A stretch of DNA of 63,878 nucleotides, the filler included, from Choristocarpus tenellus KU-1152 (taxonomy: Eukaryota > Protista > Phaeophyceae), in the NCBI GenBank assembly GCA_964200185.2. It is 11 parts of 11 records of this genome, joined end to end, with 100 filler letters (N's around TTAATTAATTAA, not from the genome) between each part and the next. Parts side by side here need not be neighbours in the genome. Positions count along the whole stretch, not along the records: positions 9,580 to 15,343 come from CAXNAD020009806.1; positions 15,444 to 21,743 come from CAXNAD020008444.1; positions 21,844 to 24,505 come from CAXNAD020025864.1; positions 24,606 to 31,233 come from CAXNAD020007720.1; 7 more parts are not named here. One strand, 5' to 3'. The notes beneath the pieces were generated by a model. The model worked only from the letters and a program-made list of their open reading frames with translations. It was not told the origin of the DNA and did no database searches. The position numbers and the translations under genes are program-made. Below are positions 13,842-27,800 of this stretch, one piece after another (positions within the stretch are counted from its first letter, which is position 1; each line of letters opens with the position of its first letter).

Positions 13842-14159
13842 AGGTCTTCTACTAACACAAGCAAGTTGAAGCAATTGAGAAGGCTGCCCGCCTAAAAGCT
13901 GCAGCTGATGCCAATTGAGAAGGCTGCCCCGTCCACGTCTCTCCTTCCATTGAGACTGTGGTTAACACTAAGATTAGTTCCATGGAAAGTAACACTCCTT
14001 CCAAAACGATCCTCTGACATATAGGTTACTTTCCATGTAACTAATCTTATTGTTAACCGCAGTCTCAATGGAAGAGGGGGGGGGGGGGCGCACCAGCTGC
14101 CGGCTGGAGGCGGGGCGCCTGGTCAATGGTTCAAGCTTGCTTGTTTGAGTAGAAGACCT
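13842..14159. mobile_element. Foldback/palindromic MITE flanked by TA
   Basis: Terminal AGGTCTTCTACT...AGTAGAAGACCT and inner arms TTCCATTGAGACTGTGGTTAACACTAAGATTAGTTCCATGGAAAGTAAC / GTTACTTTCCATGTAACTAATCTTATTGTTAACCGCAGTCTCAATGGAA; TA on both flanks. Confidence 0.8.
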
Positions 14160-15460
14160 TAAGGGCCTATTCTTCAAACCTTACTGCCTTTTCAATGCTG
14201 TATTGTTGTATCGTCTTGACTAGCGCAATTAATGAAGTGTGATCATTGGCTTATCTATTTGATTGCCAAACTGTGTTGGTTCTGTAAAAATTATTGCGTT
14301 ACTTTTTGAGTTGAACGAAGGTGAAAGTGGTTAGAGGTGTGATTATTGCTGGTGAGACAACTTTACTACACCTCATCAGTTTTGACATATACAGCTGTAG
14401 TTGTGACCAATGAGTGCTGTGTACTTAGTGTGTTTGTGATTGTTGCTTATCACATTGAGGAGGTCCTGCAGAACACAAACATCATAATAGACATGACTGT
14501 GCCTCCTCTCTTGGCAGTGGTAACTATTGGTGGATTTTTTATGATTCCTGTGTATACTTTAGTATTGGTAGGGGCTGGATATAAGCAATGTTTTGTATGC
14601 CATCTTTTTTTTTCTGGTGGTAAGTGTTTGAGCCTTGACTTGTTTTACATTGTAATATGATTGTAATATGATTGATAATCTTCCGGTGGAAGGTGGAGTT
14701 GTATTTGACTCTGCAAATCAGTTGAAGGAAATTGAATTCGAAGATCAGAGTGTTGAGATGGATAGGTGAAGATGGTGACTAAATGAGAGTGAACCTTGTA
14801 AGGTGGATGGTTTTGCTAACTTAGAATTGTATGAAATGATAGGAGTTGACTGAAATGAGCCTGTTACATATTGCTGATACGGGAAAGTTGTAAGGTGTAA
14901 GGTGAGGGAGAAGTTTAGTCTTACTCCAAGTGACTTGAGGGTTGAGTACTATCGTGGTCTTGATTGCTGTGGGATCGGACTCCATGGGCAGTTTTGTTTC
15001 AGTTGATTCCAGCTCAGGCTGTTTGCAATGTCATGGGTGTTGTTCCTGGTTGGATGTCATGGTTGGATGGTCTTTCCTTTGTGATTAGGTGTGTATCTTG
15101 AGAGATCTGTGTTGCGTGGGAATCCTCAACTTGACTAAGATTAATTAACCTTGTTCCCTTGAGGTTATATTGGGTTATCAGAAGTTGAGGCTATGTATTG
15201 AAATGATGCCCTTTACAGTTGTAATAGTCTCCAGTACCACTACTTGGAGGTATCGGAATAGTTCAATAAATAGCAGGCTCAAAAGTATCTGGGGGGGGGG
15301 GGGGGCGGTGCCGTTGGGGACACTCATTTTATATCCTGCTTTTNNNNNNNNNNNNNNNNNNNNNNNNNNNNNNNNNNNNNNNNNNNNTTAATTAATTAAN
15401 NNNNNNNNNNNNNNNNNNNNNNNNNNNNNNNNNNNNNNNNNNNCCCCTCCACCTGGTGCC

Positions 15461-15463
15461 CAT

Positions 15464-15526
<63 letters not shown>

Positions 15527-15527
15527 C
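15461..15527. repeat. (CCATAC)n hexamer microsatellite in an EPL1 intron
   Basis: About 11 tandem copies. Confidence 0.95.
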
Positions 15528-15602
15528 TGAATTTGTATCACCTTTCCCTTCCCCTTTGCCTATAACAAAACCAATATTAACGAAATGAAGCCACCACCAC
15601 AC

Positions 15603-17467
15603 CTTGGACATTCCAAGCTGTGACACAAACAAGGTCTCTGCCTGTTGCATGGGCACCACCTCCGCTTGCCCAGTAGCCCTTTCCAGTATTCCAATCATCT
15701 TCTCCAGACGGTCATTCCCAAGTTTTTCCCTTTGTGTCTGCGAAGCCCTTCCCCCAAACCTTGGATGGCGTTCTAACCATTGTTCATCTTCAAGCTGGAC
15801 ATAGTAAAAGGAGACAGGGGGGGAAGGGGGTAGTGGTAGGGGATAGGAATGGACATGGATGATAATGGGACATAGAAAAAGGAAAGGGTGAGGGGGATGA
15901 GAGCAGGGTTTCAGCTAGGAAGGAAGGGGAGAAACAAGGGACACAGCAACAAAACACAGAGATAAATGAGGGCTCTGTGTGAAGTGTGTTGGGGTTACTG
16001 CACAATGGATGCAAGGATCGTCGCGACGAAAGCTCTTGTCAATCAAACCAAGAGTCTAATTGATATCATGGCCACGGCACATTGATCTGCTGCATTGTGC
16101 AAAAGAGCGCTAGGCAGACAGGCAAGTGGGCAGGCAGGCAAGCGGGCAGGCAGACAAGCAGGCAGGCAGGGGGAACACTAGCTCTCCGTCAAAGACTACA
16201 TACCTCAAGAGAGTATTCACAGGTGGAAGCATCATCTTCTGCAGCCGCTCGACGCGGAAACCGTATGTAGCTCTGAGGCAGTTGAAATGCTTTCCTTTGT
16301 TCCTTCTCATAAGCTGGGCCAGAACAAGTCACAGGGGGGGGGGGGGAAGAAGTAGGGGGGGGGGNNNNNNNNNNCCGCGAACCGGTATGTTTGTGGAGGG
16401 CAGTTGAATGGTTTCCTTTTGGTCCTCACCATAGAGGGGGCAAAAAGAATCCCAGGGGGGGGGGGGGGAAGAAGTAGGGTGGAGGGTAGGAGTCAACTTA
16501 GTCGAATGTAAGAGGAAGCGAGCCTTCAACAACTCAGTGGCGGCCGGCATTATGCACTGCGTTGCACTCGGAACTGCTTTCGTGGCATATGCTCAAAGAG
16601 GGTTCCAGCAAGTAGATGGGACAGCAGTGAGGACAGCTCAGAAGACGTAAGCTCGTTGAGCGTGCAGTGATGATGGCTATGGTACAAACTGTTACGGTGA
16701 TGATCAAGAACAGATTGAGGCACTCATGTTAAAAACAGAAGGATGAAAATATGCCCTGTCTTTAACTCACTCTCCACTGTTGCAATGACAGGGGTGGGGA
16801 TATCCCTCTTTCTGGCAAGAGCAGGAACCAAACATCCATCCCTGAAGCTACCCCCGCCATCGTCTCCATCGAAGCGCTGGGCGTTAGTAGATGGGGGCAA
16901 GGCGAGCAGATTGCAGGAAAGGGGCGGCATGAAAGTATGTGAGCTTCGGGATAAGAATGGTGGGAAGAGTAGTACCTCTACACATAAGCCCAACCCACTG
17001 CTACAAACTCACTCTCAGATCTGCAAGTCCCATCCATGTCTGTGGATATTGTTTTCAAATTGTGCGGAAGCATTCCCATCAACGGGATTGTGTCGAGGTG
17101 AGTCAACAACAATTTTGACCAGATCTATAAAGATAGTGTGAATGTAGGCGTAATAGTAGTACCAGTGGCAGAAAAAATATAAATATCAATTTTTAAAAAG
17201 CAACAACAAAATTCATACATACAACTCAATGCCTTTTTAGCATCTCACCTGTCCACTGGCTAAACGAACTACTTGCAGCGGCTTGTGCAGATCGACAGGT
17301 CGAGGTCGGATGCTCTTTCTTGTACCCGACGGGCCTAATACGGTGCTTGGCCCACTGACTGGGACTGGACGGGGGGCTGAGGCATTACCGGTCGCCTTGG
17401 CAGGCCGACCGACACGTTTTTCTCGCGCCACCTTTCTTACGAAACTAGGGGGGGCCCAGGCGGGCAA
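15603..17467 (-). CDS. EPC1: Enhancer of polycomb-like protein (NuA4/TIP60 subunit, EPL1 domain), exons ~17467-17249, 16876-16771, 16313-16204, 15794-15603; start uncertain, 3' end lost at the gap
   Basis: Spliced motifs RKSIRPRPVDLHKPLQVVR, KRDIPTPVIATVE, YEKEQRKAFQLPQSYIRF, EYSLELEDEQWL, DRLEKMIGILER follow the EPL1/EPcA domain; intron phases 0/1/0 are consistent. Confidence 0.9.
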
Positions 17468-19559
17468 TGCTCGAGAGTACAGGCGTCCACTAAAGGACTA
17501 GACGACCCTGGATGACCTCGACCTATGATAGTGTTGGATATTTTGGGTGTCGGATTCCTGGAGGCTTCAAAAACGCCCTTCTTGATTTTCTTGACACCAC
17601 CTGCGCGCGCGACGGTATCCACCGACCATCCCGTCAATATGGTTTTGAATTAAAAACCTCTTTCGACTGTTTCTCTCGAAGAAGAGGTGCGAGGAGGCAA
17701 TGCAACAACTATAACATAAGCTATCTAGAGGTCAGAGGGATAATATTGATGATAGGAACTGGAGAAGGCTAGATCGGTAAGGAAAGTCAACCTCGCGCCC
17801 GCGCGCGCGGGGAGTGCTTACAGACATTCCCGACTGAGAGCAACGAGCCAGACAAATCACATCCGGAAACCATCACCTTTGCATGTGGTTTCGTCCGATG
17901 ATCGATGGTGGACGATAACGCAACTCAAAACCGGTCCTTTCCACGGCCGTGTAACACACACAAAGACCTCCTATCTCGACATAGCACAACTCTCAGCAGG
18001 GGGGGGATTCGAAGGAATGTAAGGGGTCTTGCACTCACCACGATAATGTCACGAAGCGATAAATAATCGATTATCTAGGTCTCTATAGCTTAATGCCCTC
18101 CTTACTTTCCATTTCCTTCATCCCTCCTGACACCCTCCTAACTCCTTCCCTTTTGTATATCAACACTGAACGCCTTCCAGGTTGTTATTTCCTCATTGCT
18201 GCACTTTTTTAACTTGATATGTCAACTTTAATGGGATATATATTTACACGAGAGTTGGAATAGTTAATTCCAAGTACCAAGTTAATCTTACATTTTCACG
18301 TTTCACCCATACCATCCCAACCGATTCAGGATTCAGGAATGTCCACTTGCATAAGAGTCCTTCCCAGTTCATAGGTCTATCTATGTAGATATTTCTCCTG
18401 GTTACACCAGGATAGAATGGATACGACTGTGTTTTACAGGAAGGCAAGAAATGGATGTCTTAGTGGTCGTTCAGGTTTTCCTTTCACAGAATGTTCTCCC
18501 TTTAGGTCTACCAATAAGTTCACCTCTAGGAGTTCAAACTCATATAAGAGTGTAAAGACGATTCTCCTGTACGATGTCATTCGTACCAGGACAGAATATG
18601 AACGAAGAGACCTGAGCAACCCTGTATTCAACGTGCGAACTTGCAACCGAGTTAGTTCATGTGGGTGTTTTTGAACTTAGGTCAACTCAATCAGAATTGG
18701 CGATCCGTACATAGACAGCCAGTGGAAATGTGCTTGGGTTTCTCTTCTAAGAGGGTAACTGATTATGTCCAAGCGATGTAATAGCGAGCAATGCATCCGA
18801 AAGCAACAGCGATGGGTATAGACACGCTTGTTGTGCACTGTAGTTTTCCGCATGGCATGGTTTAGCCCAACAAAACCCAGGAGGGGAGTTCGGGATCCTT
18901 TTCGACCAATGATCCGCGGATTGAGGAGCTGAAATGGGGTGAGGTGATAGGCTATCGGTACATTGCACACAACCATATGTTTGCGCTCGCTTCAAATAGT
19001 AGTAGCTAGTGCAATGGTCCCTTATGGCAATCAACCTGTGACAGAGGGGACTGCCTACTGGCTAGGCTGAAGGACTTAGCCTTCTTTGCTCGTCCCATTA
19101 TTATCGCAGCCAGGCCCAGCTGGGGATTATGGAGTAGAAAGAGGTTACCTCGACACACGACCTGTACAGGATGACACCTACCCTTGTCCTGGGCTGTACA
19201 GTATAACATAGAACCTAGAGGTAATGCGGTGCACTCCAACGATATCTGTTGCGCACCCCTAAATAGATGAAGTATATTCAACCAAAACAAAGGTAAGTTT
19301 AGTCCTGTTCATTTAGGCATCAAATCTTCAAATCAGTGGAGGAGACGAACGGAAACAAAACGGAAACTTTAGCGGAAACTTAACAATTGAATTTCTTATC
19401 AATGTATGGCAGTTCTTTTTTGAGCAACATGCAACTGAACAAGAGAGACTGCAACAAGAGGGCGGTATAGTATTGGTGGGTATTGTGTCAAGGATGGTTG
19501 ATGGTTTGTGGTCAGGACTATTCCACCCCTTCCCTGGGTGGGGATGGGTCAAGCGATTA

Positions 19560-20500
19560 TTTCATCAACACCTGGGATGGGTACTAGGCGATTCCCCTTG
19601 AATATCTTGTGGTTGTATAATGCTACATTATGTAGATTCTTTTTTTAATGCAATGGATGACCTGGAGGTATGTCTACCAGTGTAACCACAAATACTTGGG
19701 GCTTCTCCATTGCAATCGAAAGCTGATCCTTCCTCATCTAATCTCCCATCAATGCTGCACCTCCGGGGGGGTTGACATGCCACAGGTATCCCATGCGTAG
19801 TAGGCACAAGGCTTGACCACATACCTTACATCTGGGTACCAACCGTCTATTGTGTCAGGAGGTTCTTTCATGCAACCCTGGAGATGTCTTTTTGTACTAT
19901 GAGGCTTTCTTGACCCTCCAGTAGACCAGGCATTACGTGAGGAGGGAAGGGTGTCAAGTACAAACTCAACACCTAGCAACATAACATGGTTTTGAGTCCC
20001 CTCCTGAGGCATGTGAAGGTTACCACACCCTAGAGGTGCTTTAATCATGATTTTCTGACCGTGCGGTGGGCTGGGAAGCACATGGAGCATAAGGGAGTTG
20101 ACTGCATACTCCAGCCTTTGCAACATACTGTGACTTCCCCTTGCCGAGGTTTTGGATGATCCAATTGCCCAGTCTCGCCAGAGTTGTGCAGGCAGCCCTG
20201 ATCAACCCCTGTCCTTGCCAGGGGTACCTTCCCAAGAGTGATCAAGATCAGCCAATTTGACAAGCACCTTGGAAGTACCATCAAGAGCCAACTCCAACTC
20301 CATCCAATTATGACCCTATATAGCGCACAAGATTGTACACACAGCTGAAACTACTCATAGTAGACTTGACACGTTGGAGGCAGTCTATACTAACAAGTGA
20401 AGAATCTCACGAGTCAGTCAGACCCAACTTGCCCATGAGGTGTACCATCTCATATCCACGACTTATCTGTGGGAAACAGTAATGTATACATAGTACTAGT
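19560..20500 (-). mobile_element. Degenerate Ty3/gypsy-type integrase remnant
   Basis: Frameshifted fragments PWQGQGLIRAACTTLARLGNWIIQNLGKG and LQRLEYAVNS resemble the rve integrase tail (PxxxGxxERxxxTL...W...LEYAxN); many stops; boundaries approximate. Confidence 0.55.
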
Positions 20501-21919
20501 ATGATATGCCATCACTTGTTTCTTGGTTATTTTCGTATAGAATGCAAATGTCATGTACTGGAATATATAGGTTCATATTATGAAAGGAGTTGGGGTCTTT
20601 ATTTCCAAAATGTACAACTACTACTGTTAGTGCCAAGGAAAGTCCATATTGTAAGCAATACACACTCTTTCGCTGTGCTAATTATTTTCTCTGTTGCCTT
20701 GTTAGTCCCTTCTTGTCACCTCCATGACAACATGTGCAAAATGTGAGCGGACACAAAATAGTATGTCATCACCCATAGAAAAAGGCAACTGACATTTGGA
20801 TTATTGTATGCAAGCGGAAAAGAGAATGTAAAAACGTCATGTGATCGGTGGTAGGGGGACTTGGGGCCTCGGCAGGAAGGGGTCGGCAAAGGCACCCTTG
20901 TATTAGATAGAGTCACTTACAGCAAAACTGGTGATTTCAAGGCTTGCTGTGCTGTTCAAGGTAGAGGAGATCAGACCAGTTGGCTAGGGGAGACTTGACG
21001 GACTAGTTGGACTCTTCACTTGTCTCTAGACCACCTTCATAGTGTCATCTAAGAGTAGCTTCAGTAGGAAGAGCTTCAGCTGTGTAACATTTGCGTCATC
21101 CCACGTTTCTTGGTTGTTTCAGACAAAACGGAATCAACAGTACATATGTTCCAAGCGGGGATGGAGTTGGTTTCTTGTTTTCAAATATACTACAACTACG
21201 ATTGGCATTAGAAGGTCTTTGTTATAGGCATTATAGTTTCGCTACTTTGTGTTGTCGTAAACCGAAAGAATAACCTCCAAAAAAGAAATTAGGTGAGACA
21301 ATCTAAATCAGATTGAGTATTCACATCTGCGTGAACCTCCGCGATAGTCGAAAAAATCAAATCTGTGATCTAATTACAGTCACTCGAGGAAGTGCCGGAA
21401 ATACTTCCCCTTTCTCTCAATTTATGACTATTTGTCACCTACATCATCACTGAGATTCCTTCAGATATGTTTTTGATGTCTGTCCCAGAAGTGCAGTACT
21501 TTATTTTTTGTCGTACTTCAAAGTATTCCTTAGGCACAGACTCAAAGTATCTGGGTCACAGCAGGCAGGAGAGATACCACTAATAGTTGTTAGTCTTCCA
21601 CTTCCCAAGTGGTACTACCCTGACCCCCTTACGATATCTAGGGACTTGGTTTTGAACACTGGGTACCCGATTTTTTTCTTGATTGGAGGATGTTAACTCC
21701 AGGCTCAGAGTATCTGGGGGGGGGGGTGGAGGCTGTCTATTTGNNNNNNNNNNNNNNNNNNNNNNNNNNNNNNNNNNNNNNNNNNNNTTAATTAATTAAN
21801 NNNNNNNNNNNNNNNNNNNNNNNNNNNNNNNNNNNNNNNNNNNTAAGTCCACCTTTTCCCTTTTTTTGCCCAATGTAGCCCCTGGGTTTGACCCCCCCCC
21901 CCCCCCAGATACTTTGGGT

Positions 21920-22215
21920 CATTAATGTAGTATGTTGATACTTAAGATGCATGTAGTATTAATGTTGTAGTGTTAATATTGCAGCATTGGTATTATTGTA
22001 TTAATATTGTAGCATTAATACTGTAGTGTTAATATTACTGTATTGATATTGTAGCATTAATCCCGTAGTGTTAATACTGTAGTGTCAATATTGTAGTATT
22101 AATGATATAGTATTGATAAGTATTGTAGTGATGATATTTAGTATTAGTATTGTTTTATTAATGTTTTTGTATTAATGATATAGTACCAGTATTGTAGTAT
22201 TATGGTATTGTAGCC
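21920..22215. repeat. Degenerate AT-rich short-period satellite (GTAGTATTAATATT-like)
   Basis: Recurring gtagtattaat/gtagtgttaat units. Confidence 0.75.
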
Positions 22216-23553
22216 TTTGTAGGACCAGTCTACTGCTTTTTGTCAACGTTTTTTTATTATTTTTTCTCTTTGAACTGGTCTACATCCTTTTGTCATTTAA
22301 AAAAAATGTTTTTTTTCCTTCTCCTTTGTGGTGTTGACTATTTTATCATTACTGTAGCCAGTATGGGGGGGGGATGTCGGTGCAGGGTATTTTTATCTTT
22401 TTTCTTTCTTTCCCTTTTCTTTCCCTTGTGTGGCATATGTGATGAGTGTTGTTTCTTGGCCTTGATAGACCTGATACAATGCTCACAAGTTTTTGTGGGT
22501 GGTAGTCCATTCAACTGCTGGTTGTTTTCTTCTTTTTTTCCCTCTTTTCTTCATTTCTTCTTTTTAATTATTTTTTCTTTTCTTCCTTTTTCCTTGTTTT
22601 TTTTATTTCGACTCTTTAAAGTTCTTTTTATGGTCCTTGTTGCCTTTTCTTAAGCAGTCTGTTTTTCTTTCCTTAAAGTGCCTTTTTGATTGCAGGTGTG
22701 GTGGGCCCCCCCTTTAGACTAATGTGATAGTAATAATAGTAACAATAGTAATACTAAAAGAGTAACAATAATAATTAGTGAGGTGGATTTGGTCTAGAGT
22801 TGTGTATGTATGTATGTATGTATGTGTGTGTGTTTGCTGATTTGGCTTTGTCTCATCAGCATTTGAGATTGCAGTAGGGTGACAGTTGGGGGTTTAGAAG
22901 AGCACAGCTTTAACAAACATTATAAGAGTACAGAGTAGTGGACCAATAGCATCTTTCATACTAGTACCACTAGTATCAAATCAATGCTTGGTATGAGCTT
23001 GTACTGTGGCTGTACATACAGATTGAGTGATGTGGAGTGGCTGCTGAACTGATCCTTCCTCCTGTTTATTTATTATTTGAAAATCTCCCCAACTTACTTT
23101 TCATTTGTTTTTATTTTTTGAGGTCACTTGATTTCCCCACGCAGCTGTATTATTTTTTATTATACTTGAAAAAAAAGAAATGTCGATATGATTCACACAC
23201 AAATCGATCTCTTTTATTTTTATTTTTCCTGTGTTAAAAACAAACGAATTGTTAGGTGGATGACTTGGAAAGGGAGGTAAAGACTATCCCCATTGAGATC
23301 TCCAGTGAGCAGGGTGTTTCCATAATAACACACTCTATTTCCAGCAATGGTGAGGACATTTTGTTTTTCTTGTTTCTTAACTTTTGTTTTATTTTGTTTT
23401 AGTCTGAACGGAGGTAAAGATCATAAAATATATATAAATATTCAATACTTTATGTTTTACTTTTCTATTTTTTTATTATTATTTACTGTTTGTGTACCCT
23501 GTTGCGTGCTGGTGGAGTTGTTCTTATGCCCTAACCCTATCTGACCTGAATGG

Positions 23554-23591
<38 letters not shown>

Positions 23592-23900
23592 ATGAATGTA
23601 AATATGTATTAACAGATACAAATAGATATGAACAACTCAGAGAAATAGATATGAACAACTCAGACAGATAGCGACTGCTTGTTGATGTAGGGGATTTCAT
23701 GGTGGGAGGCAGGGGATGGAACAGTCGGACTGTTTAATGCAGTACTTGAATTAATACATACATATACACATATATATCACACACATATTATTATTATTGT
23801 TACTAATATTGTTGTTATTACTACTTTCCTTGCTGAATCTGATCTGTAGTTCAAGAAAAAATTGAAGGAAATAATAAATAAAAAAGTTGTGGAGTTTATG

Positions 23901-24216
23901 GTACGGTAGGATGGTATTACATATTGACATGATACAGCCATCAGTAAGTGTGTACGATATGATGGTATTACATATTGACATGATACAGCCATCAGTAAGT
24001 GTGTACGGTATGATGGTATTACATATTGACATGATACCGCCATCAGTAAGTGTGTACGGTATGATGGTATTACATATTGACTTGATACAGCCATCAGTAA
24101 GTGTGTACGGTAGGATGGTATTACATATTGACATGATACCGCCATCAGTAAGTGTGTACGGTATGGTGGTATTACATATTGACATGATACCGCCATCAGT
24201 AAGTGTGTACGGTATG
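23901..24216. repeat. 51-bp minisatellite, 6 full copies plus a partial copy
   Basis: Unit GTACGGTATGATGGTATTACATATTGACATGATACCGCCATCAGTAAGTGT starting at 23901, 23952, 24003, 24054, 24105, 24156. Confidence 0.97.
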
Positions 24217-24899
24217 AGGCTATCATTTTATTATCATGCCCTCTGACATTTTGCAGACGTATCAGGGGAAAAACCAATGAATACTATTCACATGCCAGAA
24301 AAATCACTAAAAAAGTAACAGTTGTCACAAAATGTGAAAGACATTACTCTATTTGCTATTTTATCATGACGGTATTTTGTATCGATATGATACCGTCGTC
24401 AGTATGTGGGTACACAATTGGCAGCACCATCTATAAGATGGGGGTGTTATTTTAAGGGCTCCCATGCCGACTGCCTTGTGGTTTGTGTATTTTTGATCTC
24501 AGGGGNNNNNNNNNNNNNNNNNNNNNNNNNNNNNNNNNNNNNNNNNNNNTTAATTAATTAANNNNNNNNNNNNNNNNNNNNNNNNNNNNNNNNNNNNNNN
24601 NNNNNATCCCAGTCAATTTTGGGTCAAGCCCATCCTCAATGAAAAGCTCCATCCTCAATTTTTGAAATCGGCCATTTAAGGTCAGATCACACAAACTTGA
24701 TTGTTGGTTTTCCTACCTTATTGAATCACAGATACAGCAAAGATGTGCTCACTAATGATAACCTTGGTAGTGACAGAGGGTTACATAACGGGGTTGGTTC
24801 TGAGGTGCACAATGAGATCGGAGAAATCCATCATATCAAATCCACCTCTTATTGCCGAATAAGATGCAGTTCTTCCTGCTGTCGAGGGCAATGGCGTCA

Positions 24900-27800
24900 A
24901 AGTAGCATGCCATTGCTTCGTTGAATGGGTTGTATTTGAAGTACGAATCTTGGTAGCGACAAGATTGTCACTGCCTTGTACTAATCCTCTACTCACTGCA
25001 TCATCACCAGGGAGGTCCAGCGCATGGTTCCGTTCAACTGAGGTACGTTCCAACACCATTTTCTTACTACTTAAGTCATGAACACTTAATCTCCTCACGA
25101 TCATATGGAGTTGAGAAGGTACTTCTCAAAGTTTTATGCAACACATATCACAAGTTAACACTGATTCAAACGACGAAGATCATTTCAGAAAGAGGGAGTT
25201 GGAGGCAACCAGACACCACCTACCTACGCCAAAGAAGCACCAATACGAAGACGCCAACAGTGTGCTAGTGGGATTCCACAGGAAAAACAGAGGAACAGTA
25301 CAGGTAGTGGAGATTACCAGAATTACACAATGATACTGATAGGTTCCCAAATGGACGCGGCTCTATCCTCTAAGATACTTTGACTCAGAGTTGATGCTTA
25401 CAAAGTACATGGTGTACATTGCTGCAGAGGGTGAGAATTATGTTCTAGATGAGTGCTTTGGCTTCGAGACTTGTTATCATTACACATTTTCTTGACTGAT
25501 TTATACTGTGTTACCTCTACCCTTGTTCTCTGCATCAACAGGTACACACACACACACACAAATTGTATTACAAGGGCCAGTATAAAGCACCACACATGGA
25601 CCAGGGACGGAGGACAACGACCCTGTCCATATATTGAACATATTGTGTTCAGGACTGACGACAAGGAAGTGTGTGTCTCATCTGCCAAAGGTATTCTGAT
25701 TGATGGTGGAATTGGCAAGGCTTGGGTGTTGTACATTCACAATTCCAGCCACCTTGGTAACCACTGACTGAAAAAGGCAAACGGTGGTCTGTCCACCTCG
25801 ATCCATACACTCTGGAGTATATATATTCATCTTCTTTGCCTTTCCTGATTTTCAGGGAGGTGATTGATACAGCAAATATAATGTATTAAAAGTAAAAGTA
25901 ACAACTTCACAAATACACACAATAGGTAGTAGCAGTGCTAATAGTGGGCAAAACCAGACTTGAGCAAGAAAAGCCCTTTCGTTCATCCACACTCTTTGCC
26001 TATTGGGAATGAGCACATACCAATGATGATATGGTCTCTGGCTCACCTGACTCATATTGAACCGGCCATGCACAGCAACATAGGCAGAGGGTAGATCGTC
26101 TCTTCTACTCCCTTCCTAAATAGCCTATCCCCTACATATGTTGCTTGTGGACAATCAGCTCAAGGAAGATCAACAAGATCCACTTGCTAATTCCTTTGGC
26201 TTCGAGAAACCTTCCACCAACCCTCCGTCCCGAAAAATGCACACACGATAAATGGGAAGTAGGTTCCAAGGCAGGAGGCGAGAGAGCGCTTGAGCACTAC
26301 ACACTCACCTAGGAATGTTTGTAGAAAACTTTCAAAAACACACAGCGAAATAAATACAGCACCGTAATTCTTTTCCAGCAAATCCTCTTTATTTGCTCCT
26401 TGAACCTGAGGTTCTGTAGCAAAAAAAAAAATGAACGTATCATGCTAGACCTCAAGCCTTGCCTCACTCCGACTGCCTGAGGCACAATCCCAAATGCTCA
26501 CAGCCTTCACATCACCGCATGCAACTTCAGTGACACATGCAGAGGTTTGCAGAAGCTAGTAGGCTACTGTTGTGCACTGCTGTGTGAATTAGAAAAATTC
26601 AGAAGAGCCAGAATGTCCATTCATAGCTTGAACGACTTAACCAGAAAATTGCAAAGCGAAAATGTTCCCCTGACTGACTGCACTGATATACAGTTGGAGT
26701 ACGGGGACAGCACTGGTGCTCTTCATCTCCAACAGAACCATGTTGGACAAAACACCTAGCACACTAGGAGCCCAGCCCCAAAGGCAAATGGTCTGCCCCA
26801 GAGATAGAAATTGACAACAGCAACAGCACAGCCTTTCACCCTGTCATGGTTCCATATTGAAGTAAAATTGTGCCTGGACTCCTGACCCTTCCCCTTCTCT
26901 CCTCTCAATCTTGGGCTGTGCCCTGTCCTGCTCTTCCAAGACACTTGCTATTACCTCTCCAAAGCGGCGCCTAAACATGGGCAAGCGTGTGATATTGATG
27001 GCAACATCATAGATCTGAGATGCCAGCCGGTGGAGCTCCACCCGCCGCACTTCATCCTTGAGATCAGGTAGTGCTTTTGACTGGGGATAGTGGAGAGGGG
27101 AGGTTGTTTTGTAGTTACATGTTTTTTGTTCCAGTACCACAGCAAGCAAGGCATTGGTTAACATCAACCCAATCCTAGGGAGGGGTCCTACGAGTAGATA
27201 ACAATAGCATCGGAGTAAGATCTGAAGTAGGAAAACAGAGCAAGCTCTAAAAAACAGCCACAGGATAAGCCTTGCCAACAAAACAGCATGGGGACTACAT
27301 GAAGGGGTGAAAATTAAGGGAGTTCAACTTGACAGAACATTAAGATCACATTCGCACCTCTCTTGTGTACATTTGTACCAATGCAAGTCACTTCCTTGAC
27401 AAACGTGACCCCATAAATCAGATAGGACCTCTTCAACAACCACAATAATCTGCACACCCCCTACAGAGGAGATAGGGTGCTTCAGATCAACCCCGGGAAG
27501 GGCAGACAGAAAGAGGGCAAATGCCCTGTCCCCTACGCCAAAAGAGTTTGTGCACCAAAATATTAGCTCAGCTCAAAACTAAATGAACACATATTCGTCC
27601 CAGAAAGGCTGTAGGATGACAGACTTTAACACGTTTTCAAACTCCTATAATATTTGGAGTAGTAGCCAAGTTGCCTCTTCTTCAGAGAAGGGACACGCTA
27701 AAGAGAGCACAGCTTTGATAAGGGAGGTGTAGTGGTGTGCAAGAGGTGCCGTGCCCTCCAGGGACATTGTCTGACCTGCCCCCCTGATTCATTCCGCCAA

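Noticed and set aside
14640-15100. Possible Penelope-like RT C-terminal remnant
   Set aside because: Similarity too weak and interrupted to support
16365-16480. Apparent duplicated, diverged EPL1 exon (copy of ~16253-16360)
   Set aside because: Flanks a 10-N gap next to poly-G runs; looks like low-quality overlapping contig ends
22240-22653. Phe/Leu-rich membrane-like ORF
   Set aside because: Product of T-rich low-complexity non-coding DNA
23901-24216. Possible CRISPR array or repeat-protein gene
   Set aside because: Head-to-tail copies without spacers; the ORFs arise because 51 is divisible by 3
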